From NCBI GenBank assembly GCA_016839785.1, contig JAEOTQ010000218.1, positions 1 to 23,482 on the forward strand: a stretch of 23,482 bases of DNA, read 5' to 3'. The notes under the pieces are model-generated. The model saw nothing but the letters and a program-made list of their open reading frames with translations. It made no database searches and was not told the DNA's origin. Made by a program: the position numbers and the translations under genes. Position 1 is the first letter of the stretch; each line of letters opens with the position of its first letter. Below are positions 9,255 through 17,595 of the stretch, piece after piece. This DNA comes from Candidatus Hodarchaeota archaeon. Its GTDB lineage: Archaea > Asgardarchaeota > Heimdallarchaeia > Hodarchaeales > Hodarchaeaceae.

Positions 9255-9324
9255 ATTGAATAATACATTTGAATAATTGTCAATCACTATTCTACTTCAA
9301 TTTATAGAATTTTTCTTAGAGAAA

Positions 9325-10167
9325 ATGCTTTCCGATCAATCAATTGACAGACGTTGGCTTGTTCGCACCTATGATGAAAACAAGGTGTTATTAGTATCAG
9401 ATTTACATCTTGGTTTCGATGTCGAATGGTATAGAAGAGGTCTTTGGACAAAAAAACCAAGCTGGTCACTAGAAATCATACAAAGTCTCAGAAATGATGT
9501 TTTGAAAGTAAACCCCTCTCATTTAATAATTTGTGGCGACTTAGAACATCATTTTAGGATTAGAAGAAAAAAAGAAGGAGAAAACTCTCATATAATCATT
9601 CCAGAAGAAGTACAAAGTTCAATTCTACATAATTTTCAGACGCAAATTCTCGAGATACCTGATCTTGACGTAATACTAGTTCAGGGTGAAAATGATGTGT
9701 CACTCTATCAGCAATTGGAAGATGAATGCCAAATAGTATCTTCTGAAGGGATATCATTTTTTGATAACCAACTGGGAATATTTCATGGCCAATTACCTCC
9801 ATACAAAGAGATTGTTTTTGCTTCAGAAATAATAGTTGGTCATCTCCATCCTGAAATCGAATTAAAAGATGATTTACAAATTCGTCATAAATTTCCAGTT
9901 TTTTTACAATTACAGCTTCCAAGAGAAGATTTATTTCCCTTATTTCAATTTCCCTTTGAATTAGATGAAATTGGCATGGTTGATATGGTTTCGATTACCA
10001 TTCTCCCTACATATAATCACTTCTTATCAGGTTATGTAATGAATATAATTGGTGGAGGCAAGAAACTTCATAAACCATATCCAATACTTCGATCAATACT
10101 CCACCATCCAAATGCACAGGTTAAAATGACTGATGGAATTGATATAGGACTGCTAACAGATATCTAG
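9325..10167 (+). CDS. Calcineurin-like metallophosphoesterase (COG1407/MPE-like)
   Basis: Motifs SDLHLG, GDLEH, G(EN)D, FHG, GHLHP and LPTYN. ATG 9325 is preferred over TTG 9277. Confidence 0.85.
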   Translation: MLSDQSIDRRWLVRTYDENKVLLVSDLHLGFDVEWYRRGLWTKKPSWSLEIIQSLRNDVLKVNPSHLIICGDLEHHFRIRRKKEGENSHIIIPEEVQSSILHNFQTQILEIPDLDVILVQGENDVSLYQQLEDECQIVSSEGISFFDNQLGIFHGQLPPYKEIVFASEIIVGHLHPEIELKDDLQIRHKFPVFLQLQLPREDLFPLFQFPFELDEIGMVDMVSITILPTYNHFLSGYVMNIIGGGKKLHKPYPILRSILHHPNAQVKMTDGIDIGLLTDI

Positions 10168-10180
10168 CACGGTAAACATT

Positions 10181-13021
10181 CTAAGCCCAATATTCCCGTG
10201 TCCGAGCGAAATTTGCCTCATGATGATAGATTGATGTCAATAGGTCCTCAGTTGTTTTATGGGGTTCTCGTAAAATTCGAATAGCGATTGTAGGCCCTAT
10301 TCCACGTCCAGCAAGGACAAAAGCAGCTTTTTTCCCAAATGATAGAATTATATCTGCAGATTTTTTTGCTGTATTTAGTTCCTTTTTTTCATCCTTTGAT
10401 AGTCTAATCTGTTTATTCGTGGATCTTTTTAATAGAGACTTAATACCAGTTTTGTGTTGATTGACAACTGCGATATAACGAGAGTGACAAAGAGGACATT
10501 GAATATCTTCCAAACTTTCAATACGTTGTAACTTCTCATACTTACAAGTCAAGCGCATGCAAACCAAACGAACCCAAGTATTTCGAATTCTTTTCTCAAT
10601 TTTTTCAAGAATGATAGATGAGGGTTTTAACTTCAATACATTTGAGGAGATGGGTTCAGTCGCTGCAAGCGAAAGGGGAGTATCAAAGGAAGCTACAGGT
10701 ACCTCCTCAATTGCAATTTTTTTGTTCTGAATGTCCTCTATGAATTGCATAACGAGATTTTGATTCATATTCTCAGTAAGGATCTCATTAACTGCTTCTT
10801 GTCCAACGATTGTCTCTTTATATCGAGAGACAATGAAACGAGTCATCATAACGGAATTTTCAGCAGATTCAGAAAGAACACCGAATCGTTTTGCCACTTG
10901 CCGGAGACGCCAAGCGAATAAATCTGTACCCTTAATTCGATGTTCTAATAGAGGTTGTACATGCTCAGGTTCAATGGTTTTGAAAATATTCTTAAGACTA
11001 ATTGGACGACCAAGTGATAAGAATATACTATATGGGTCAGTGCGATATTGAATTGAATGTCCCTGACGAGCTCCAATGACTGCCGATAATAGCAATCCCA
11101 GTGTCTCGTTCCCTCTAGAACCTAAAAAACTGTGAATTACTATTTGTCTCCCAGTTGTTTCTATTAACAATTTCCCCTTTTTTGGAGCAAGACCTTTTTC
11201 TTGTTGTTCTCGTAAAAACCTTTTGATTTCAACTTGAATTTCTTTTGTAGTAAATTTGATTGTTGAATCATCTTCAAATAATTCCATGACCGTTGAAGAC
11301 ACAAGTTGCGAAACTGGAATGAGTTCTCCTTCCCATGTAGGAATTGTTGCCTCAGTTATCCCTCTTACTTGCCTAACTTCAACTTTATCATCTTTAATAG
11401 CTAAGAGCTCCCAAGGAGTTCCGTTCAGAATGAAGATAGCTCCTTTATCACCACGAGTAACAATGAATCCTTCATCTAAGTGGCCTACTCGTGCTTGCGA
11501 ACCAACATCAATTACACTATAAGACCGTTTAGTCGGAATACTACTTAAATTCGAATAATAGAATTTATAGGATTTTCTCTTATTTCTAATTGTGATCTTT
11601 CCAGTGTCTGGATCCTTTTCTATGGAGAAAAAGTAATTTTCTTTACCAAACTGCAGAAGGGGCATTAAGTCTTTCAGAGTGAAATGTTGATACGGTGAGG
11701 CTCCAGATATTATCTTGTGAATGGTTTTAACTGATGTTTCCCCGAAATCGAGAAGAATTCCGATAATACATTGAAATAAAATATCGTAAGCATAGGTATG
11801 AATCCTGGTTGGTTCAACTTTCCCTTCCAAAACTCGATTGTTTATTAAAAAGGCCTCTAAGAGCTCTCGGGGAGTTTCTGTTATTATTATACCTTTACTT
11901 TGTTTATCTAGACCGTGCCCTGACCGACCTACTCTTTGAATTAGTGTCTCTATGCGTCGAGGGCTCATATATTGGATTACTAAACTAATAGCCCCAATGT
12001 CAATTCCTAACTCTAAGGAAGAGGTGGCAATAACTAAATCTAAAGTCCCTTCTCTAACATCAGTTTCTGCACGCAAACGACTTTGTGTAGATAAACTGGA
12101 ATGATGGACCTCAAATGATATTTGTTCTTCAGGTGGAGTGAATTCATTATACATTTTGAAACGATAACCAAGAATTTCAGCCTGTTGACGAGTATTGGTG
12201 AATAAAAGAACTGTACCCTCCTCTTGCTCAATAATTTCTAATAAACGTTGAAATCTAGATGCGGCATCTTCAGTAGTATGGATAGTAGTGGGCAAATCTT
12301 TATAATTTTCGTTTAAAACTTTTGGGTAGTCAAGTTGTAAGCTTAGTTTCTTCAAACGTGGAATCTCAACGATACGAGCGTTATTATTCTTTGGAGAGAG
12401 GAATCTCATAACTTCAGATGGAGAACCCACCGTTGCCGATAATCCGATACGCTGAATCGGATTATTCACTCGGTGAGATAATCGTTCTAAAGCTAATGAT
12501 AGCTGGATCCCTCTCTTTGATTCAACAAGCTCATGAATTTCGTCGATGATCACAGTTTGAACATTTCTTAAATGGATACGCCCAAAGATTTTTGCTGGGA
12601 GGAGGGCTTGAAGTAATTCAGGTGTTGTAATAAGTATTTGAGGAGGATTCTTGGTCTGTTTTTGTCGCTCGTAAGGTGTTGTATCGCCATGTCTGACCGC
12701 AATCGTAATTCCTAATTTCGAGGCTAATTGAGGAAGAACTCGTCTAAAAATATCGCGATTTAGAGACTTTAAAGGTGTGACTATCAATACTCTTACAGGT
12801 GTTGGATCACTAAGATTCAGGATTTTATGTAAACATGCAATAATTGTTCCAAAAGTTTTTCCTGAACCAGTAGATGCGACTACAAGAACATCTTCATTTG
12901 AAATTATGGCTTTCAGATATTCAAGTTGACCTGGAGTTGGAGAAATTTCTAAATCATCTAAAATGTCCTGAATTCTCTTATCTAGAAGTTCAAATGACAA
13001 TGGTAGAAATTCTCCTTTCAC
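10181..13021 (-). CDS. lhr: Lhr-family SF2 helicase with C-terminal Cys-rich Zn finger (aLhr1-like)
   Basis: STGSGKT, TPLKSLNRD, RHGDT, ITTPE, DEIHEL..SKRG, GLSAT, HHSSLS, TSSLELGIDIG, QRVGRSGH and IPTWEGE. The C-terminus has CMRLTC..CPLC and LAGRGIGP. The start may be TTG 13000 (MSFELL). Confidence 0.93.
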   Translation of the reverse strand: MKGEFLPLSFELLDKRIQDILDDLEISPTPGQLEYLKAIISNEDVLVVASTGSGKTFGTIIACLHKILNLSDPTPVRVLIVTPLKSLNRDIFRRVLPQLASKLGITIAVRHGDTTPYERQKQTKNPPQILITTPELLQALLPAKIFGRIHLRNVQTVIIDEIHELVESKRGIQLSLALERLSHRVNNPIQRIGLSATVGSPSEVMRFLSPKNNNARIVEIPRLKKLSLQLDYPKVLNENYKDLPTTIHTTEDAASRFQRLLEIIEQEEGTVLLFTNTRQQAEILGYRFKMYNEFTPPEEQISFEVHHSSLSTQSRLRAETDVREGTLDLVIATSSLELGIDIGAISLVIQYMSPRRIETLIQRVGRSGHGLDKQSKGIIITETPRELLEAFLINNRVLEGKVEPTRIHTYAYDILFQCIIGILLDFGETSVKTIHKIISGASPYQHFTLKDLMPLLQFGKENYFFSIEKDPDTGKITIRNKRKSYKFYYSNLSSIPTKRSYSVIDVGSQARVGHLDEGFIVTRGDKGAIFILNGTPWELLAIKDDKVEVRQVRGITEATIPTWEGELIPVSQLVSSTVMELFEDDSTIKFTTKEIQVEIKRFLREQQEKGLAPKKGKLLIETTGRQIVIHSFLGSRGNETLGLLLSAVIGARQGHSIQYRTDPYSIFLSLGRPISLKNIFKTIEPEHVQPLLEHRIKGTDLFAWRLRQVAKRFGVLSESAENSVMMTRFIVSRYKETIVGQEAVNEILTENMNQNLVMQFIEDIQNKKIAIEEVPVASFDTPLSLAATEPISSNVLKLKPSSIILEKIEKRIRNTWVRLVCMRLTCKYEKLQRIESLEDIQCPLCHSRYIAVVNQHKTGIKSLLKRSTNKQIRLSKDEKKELNTAKKSADIILSFGKKAAFVLAGRGIGPTIAIRILREPHKTTEDLLTSIYHHEANFARTREYWA

Positions 13022-13349
13022 ACGTAAACTAGGGTATATTCAGCAATAAATGCTTCGTTTTCCTCTGAGAATGAAAGAGATGATGAAGGGTTTTCAATCG
13101 TTTCCTTACGGGTAATTTACTATAAACTAATCTATTAATTCCAAAAATAAAACTATTGAATATTCGATTATTTAGGATCAAATTAACCATAAATTAATAA
13201 CATTACATGATTTATTTTTCTCTGAGAAGTATGAGTTCGTGAACAGGATATACTAGTTTTTTTTAGAAAAAGGACTATCTTCGAGTATTAACTTATGAAA
13301 TTAACACATTAAACAATTTCAAATCAAGATTATTATTGGTGAGTAATTT

Positions 13350-14276
13350 TTGGAAAATCTAGATATAGGTGCCCAAGCTAGCCAAATTGTAGAAAAAATT
13401 TCTAACGCTATCGAAACCTCAAAAGAGGAACGTGGAATGGATGGAATTGTAATATTATTTTCGGGGTACATTGATTCGACAATCATTGCCAAGATAGCAA
13501 TGGATACATTTGAAGAAGGAGAAATCCAACTTCTAGTCAGATCTGAGAGTATTTTTGATAAACACACCGAAGCACTAGAGAGTTCGATTAAGTATCTGGG
13601 AATCTCGGAATCGAGTATAGTTCATTGCGATATTGCTCCTATTATAAAACCATTTAGCTCTGATGCATTAATTCCTGGTCGATCTCGTGAAGTACCCTCT
13701 CTTTATCAGCCCTTAAGTTATTCTTTACTGAAGTCTTCATTAATTAGAGAGATTGAAGGGAATACTTATGATATGGTGGGAAAAGCAGAATCAGAACGAG
13801 AGCGATTGCTCCATAAGGTAATTGCACATAATAAACTTCGATCTCGAATTCAAATGGCCGTCGCATATTTGACTGCTGAGACAGAAAACGCTCTTCTTTT
13901 GGGTACAATTAATAAAACTGAGCTCCTAACAGGCCTCTTTACTAAATGGGGACATGGACATTGTGCTGATGTTATGCCACTTGGAAATCTATTCAGAACT
14001 CAAATATTACAGCTTGCTGATCATCTAGATATCCCCTCCCAGATAGCAAATAAGGCCAAAGCTGATTTATTACCTGGGATTCAGAATAAATATCAATATT
14101 TTTTTGAACTAAGCTCGTTAGAAGTTGACAGGATTCTCGTTCGATTGGAACATGGACTTTCGACCAAAGAAATTAGCAATCAAACACAAATTAATGCTGA
14201 ATCTATAGAAAAAGTAAATCAATATTTTGCTTCTTCTGTATACACTCGTAGCGCGCCCCTTATCCCAAAAATTTAG
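13350..14276 (+). CDS. Divergent NadE (NH3-dependent NAD synthetase)-like protein, paralog 1
   Basis: SGYIDST (compare SGGxDS), KLRSRIQM, GTINKTE, GLFTKWG, ADVMPLGNL and ADLLPG. A GGTGA Shine-Dalgarno lies at 13338-13342 before the TTG. Confidence 0.85.
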   Translation: MENLDIGAQASQIVEKISNAIETSKEERGMDGIVILFSGYIDSTIIAKIAMDTFEEGEIQLLVRSESIFDKHTEALESSIKYLGISESSIVHCDIAPIIKPFSSDALIPGRSREVPSLYQPLSYSLLKSSLIREIEGNTYDMVGKAESERERLLHKVIAHNKLRSRIQMAVAYLTAETENALLLGTINKTELLTGLFTKWGHGHCADVMPLGNLFRTQILQLADHLDIPSQIANKAKADLLPGIQNKYQYFFELSSLEVDRILVRLEHGLSTKEISNQTQINAESIEKVNQYFASSVYTRSAPLIPKI

Positions 14277-14304
14277 TGTAATGAACTAGTATAGTAATTT
14301 AATA

Positions 14305-15822
14305 CTAGATAATATGAAGAACGAATCCAAGGAATGTTAGATACACTCCACTGAATAGCAAAAGTAGGAGTGAAATAGGTACTAATTTTTTCATGAAGTA
14401 GATAAAATTAAGTGGACGTCCTTCCTTACTCAGAATCGATATCGCTAAAATTGATGCGGCACTCCCAAATGGAGTCAATCCTCCTCCAAAGGCACCGCCA
14501 AAAAGTAATATAAACCATAGATAATGTGGATTGGCTCCAGTTGCTGGGAAACTTTCGACAATAGGAATTAACGCTGCAGTTACAGGAATATTATCCAGAA
14601 TACCACTAACAAAAGAGGATATGAGGAGAATCAGTCCACCTGCGATAATAATATCTCCACCACTGATATCAGTTAATGAATGAGCAATATCTTCTAAAAT
14701 TCCTGTTGCTTCAAGTGTCCCAACTAGGATGAATAATCCAGCAAAAAATAGTAAAGTATCCCAATTTAATTCACGTAAAAGACGATGCTCATCACTACGT
14801 GTTAATACAATGGATAATATACCCCCTATTATCGCGACTACTCCGATTGGGATCCCAAATACAGAATCGGCAAGAATAAACCCAATTATTGTTAAAACTA
14901 ATGATAATGCTGCTAAGTAAAATCTCTGTGTATCCTCCACAACTCCCCATTCGTCAAGAGACAAAATCATTTGCGTATCGAGACTGTCCTGTGTACCTTT
15001 ACCAAGCGGAATATTTTCAGGGGGAAATACTCGTTTAAGGTATATAATTGTTAGAGGAATTGCAAATATCAAAAAAGGGATAGAAACTACTAAAAATTCG
15101 AGAAACTCAATACTTCCTCGAGAACCAACTAAAATTGAAGGAAGAGAGCTAATAAGTGTCGCCATACCAGCCAGGCTTGTTGCTAACACAGCTCCTAAGA
15201 GAAAGGGAGTTGGATCATAATCTAATCCATTGGAGACTGTAAGTATCATAGAACTTATTAGAATCATGGCTGTTACATTAGCAAGAACCGTGGAAAGAGC
15301 AAATGTGAGAAGAAAAGTCATTACAAATAGAGGAAAAACTCGACCTTTAGAAATTTTTAACATACGTATGATGATCCAGTCGAATAATCCTGTTTCTGAA
15401 GTCGCTTCAACTAGAATAGACATCCCGAAAACAACTGCAAGGACTTCCCATTCCATATAACCATGGAAAGGATCACCAGATGGCAGAACAACTAAAGACC
15501 ATTTGAAACTATCAAATAAAAAGGAAGCTAGTAACAAAGAAATGCCGCAGGAGACAAATATAATAGTAATCTGTCGTTCATGGTATAAAGCGACAAGTAA
15601 AAAAGTTCCAACGAAGATGACTCCAAATAAAAGTATATTCGCAATACGTGGAGAGAAACCATAAAGCTGTTGGAAGATTAAATAAGAAATAATTAATCCA
15701 ATTAAACCTATGGCGATTTGAGGGATCCAGGAAGCTCTTAATTGATTTAAATTAAACCATTTCTCATAAAATGACTGAATTGATAACATTAAGGAATTTC
15801 TGTTTCTCTTCTCTTCAGTCAT
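14305..15822 (-). CDS. ArsB/NhaD/CitMHS (IT superfamily) transporter, P-protein/OCA2-like
   Basis: 505 aa, multi-TM, with WEVLAVVFGMSILV..ETGLFDW, LANVT, NWDTLLFFAGLFILVGTLEATG, SGILDNIP and GGGLTPFGSAA. Confidence 0.9.
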   Translation of the reverse strand: MTEEKRNRNSLMLSIQSFYEKWFNLNQLRASWIPQIAIGLIGLIISYLIFQQLYGFSPRIANILLFGVIFVGTFLLVALYHERQITIIFVSCGISLLLASFLFDSFKWSLVVLPSGDPFHGYMEWEVLAVVFGMSILVEATSETGLFDWIIIRMLKISKGRVFPLFVMTFLLTFALSTVLANVTAMILISSMILTVSNGLDYDPTPFLLGAVLATSLAGMATLISSLPSILVGSRGSIEFLEFLVVSIPFLIFAIPLTIIYLKRVFPPENIPLGKGTQDSLDTQMILSLDEWGVVEDTQRFYLAALSLVLTIIGFILADSVFGIPIGVVAIIGGILSIVLTRSDEHRLLRELNWDTLLFFAGLFILVGTLEATGILEDIAHSLTDISGGDIIIAGGLILLISSFVSGILDNIPVTAALIPIVESFPATGANPHYLWFILLFGGAFGGGLTPFGSAASILAISILSKEGRPLNFIYFMKKLVPISLLLLLFSGVYLTFLGFVLHII

Positions 15823-15860
15823 TTAGTAAATCTCCAGAAAATATTCGCACAAGAAAATTG

Positions 15861-15930
15861 GGGGATGTTAATCAGGTTTTGCCTGATTCATAGGCCCTAA
15901 AGAGCTATTAAGCTCTTAACAACCTTAGGT
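15861..15930. promoter_or_regulatory. Cluster of inverted repeats between the divergent transporter and NadE-like paralog 2
   Basis: AATCAGG-TTTTG-CCTGATT (15870-15888), AAGAGCT-ATTA-AGCTCTT (15900-15917) and ACCT-T-AGGT (15922-15930). There is also outer complementarity between GGGGATGTTAA and TTAACAACCTT. Confidence 0.45.
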
Positions 15931-16052
15931 ATATTCATAGTAACGGTATATTATTGTCTTTCGAAATGTTATTGACTAGAGGGGACAAATCAATGGTAGA
16001 GAAAGATAATTTATTAGAAGGCAAGGTCATTCCTTGCGTAGGAGGAGATTAA

Positions 16053-17003
16053 TTGAATTTGGAACAGGCACTAAAAATTGATTCCCAGAAAGCACAATCG
16101 CAGATTGTTGATTTTATGCGGTCGACATTGAAAGAGCGCGATATTGAAGGACTGGTGATCCTTTATAAAGATTGTATTGAAAGTTTAATAAATTGTAAAT
16201 TAGCTGCGCAAACTATTGGATGGGAAAATGTCAAATTAATAGTTCCTCGTGGCCGTTTCAGTACTGACACCACAACACGAAGTTCTGATTTACAAATAAT
16301 TAAAAAACACCTCGAAATTTCTAATGACAACTTAATTCTCGTTAATATCCAACAGGCAGTAACTGCAATAAATAATTTAACTTTTGAAAAATCTAAAACC
16401 GCTTATGGATCAACCACTCTAGGAACCAATCCTCTCTATAATTATAATCTAAGTTATTATCTTCTACGTGGTATGACTCACTCTGAAATTGAGGAGACGA
16501 CATTCACTGCTCCCTCAAGGAGGCCTAAAACTGACCGAGAGATTTACCATCAAAAAACCATTGCTCATTATAAGAGTAAGATTCGTCTTCATATGTTACT
16601 AGGATACTTGGTGGCTGAATCTGAGAATAAATCTTTTCTAGGATCTGTAAATAAAACCGAGTGGTTATTAGGATTATTTACTAAGTTCGGTACTTATCAT
16701 GCGGCTGATTTTCTTCCACTAGCAAACCTCTATCGAACACAAACAGTCCAGTTTGGAGAATTTTTGGGATTAGGAGAATATTTAAGAACCAAAAAGCGGG
16801 AAACTCCCACTAGCTACAAATATCTCTTTGATCTTACCTATCAAGAGGTTGATAGAGTCCTAATTCGGCTTGAAACAGGAATGACTATAGATAATATCCA
16901 CAAAGAAACATCAATTTCGAAAACCAGTATCGAGAAAATAGTAAAAAATCATGCTGGATCTAATTATGCTCGTTGCGTTCCCCTGATTCCCAAGCTTAAT
17001 TGA
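16053..17003 (+). CDS. Divergent NadE-like protein, paralog 2 (PP-loop degenerate)
   Basis: VILYKDCIES occupies the SGGxDS position. It also has KIRLHM, GSVNKTE, GLFTKFG and ADFLPLANLYRTQ. A strong AGGAGG Shine-Dalgarno lies at 16040-16045. Confidence 0.83.
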   Translation: MNLEQALKIDSQKAQSQIVDFMRSTLKERDIEGLVILYKDCIESLINCKLAAQTIGWENVKLIVPRGRFSTDTTTRSSDLQIIKKHLEISNDNLILVNIQQAVTAINNLTFEKSKTAYGSTTLGTNPLYNYNLSYYLLRGMTHSEIEETTFTAPSRRPKTDREIYHQKTIAHYKSKIRLHMLLGYLVAESENKSFLGSVNKTEWLLGLFTKFGTYHAADFLPLANLYRTQTVQFGEFLGLGEYLRTKKRETPTSYKYLFDLTYQEVDRVLIRLETGMTIDNIHKETSISKTSIEKIVKNHAGSNYARCVPLIPKLN

Positions 17004-17024
17004 GAGAAAAGAAAAAGGTTGAGG

Positions 17025-17453
17025 CTAGGGTCGCTCAATTACTAACTTGATTTCTACTGGGATCGTTGTCATATCAAATATTCGACCAACAGGACACATT
17101 TGACGAGCCTTTTCAAGTGCTTTTTGCATTTTTTCTTCAGGTTCATTAGTCACGACTGTAAATACAGAAATCATCTTAGTAACAGTTTCCATCTCCCCGG
17201 GTTTTTCAGCTTCGACCTTTATGTTCACAGAGTCAACTTCTAGCCTCATTTTGTCAACTACTATTCTAAACATAGTGACTGTACAACCTGCATAACCCAT
17301 TATAATATATTCAAGAGCAGTAGCGGCTGTATCTTCACCATTTTGGTATGATGGCAAATCCATAGTCACAGAGTGGCCTCTACCATCATCAACTTCTGTT
17401 AAGTAGCCACGTACCCAACGAGCATTAGATTTTAACACGACATTACCTTCCAT
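17025..17453 (-). CDS. OsmC/Ohr family protein
   Basis: MDLP...GEDTAATALE...GYAGC and ARQMCPV carry the two conserved Cys; 142 aa. Confidence 0.9.
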   Translation of the reverse strand: MEGNVVLKSNARWVRGYLTEVDDGRGHSVTMDLPSYQNGEDTAATALEYIIMGYAGCTVTMFRIVVDKMRLEVDSVNIKVEAEKPGEMETVTKMISVFTVVTNEPEEKMQKALEKARQMCPVGRIFDMTTIPVEIKLVIERP

Positions 17454-17539
17454 ACTGACTCTAGCTACTCTGGTTAAAAATCCTAATTGAAGTAAAATCG
17501 TAGAATGATTCAGAAAATCAAAATTAACCTATAAGCAAG

Positions 17540-17567
17540 AAGAGAAAAATAGGAAGGAAAACCTTCC
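17540..17567 (-). terminator. Intrinsic terminator-like hairpin downstream of the prenyltransferase
   Basis: The minus strand reads GGAAGG-TTTT-CCTTCC then TATTTTTCTCTT, about 30 nt after the stop at 17596. Confidence 0.5.
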
Positions 17568-17595
17568 AAAATTTCCAAAAACCAAAAATTAACAT

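Noticed and set aside
15861-15930. Hammerhead ribozyme or SECIS element
   Set aside because: CTGATTC does not match CUGANGA and there is no GAAA core. The AUGA..GA arrangement on the minus strand encloses too short a stem for SECIS, and no in-frame TGA selenoprotein candidate is nearby.
17565-17590. Short CCAAAA repeats
   Set aside because: Three degenerate low-complexity units; not a CRISPR or a meaningful tandem repeat.
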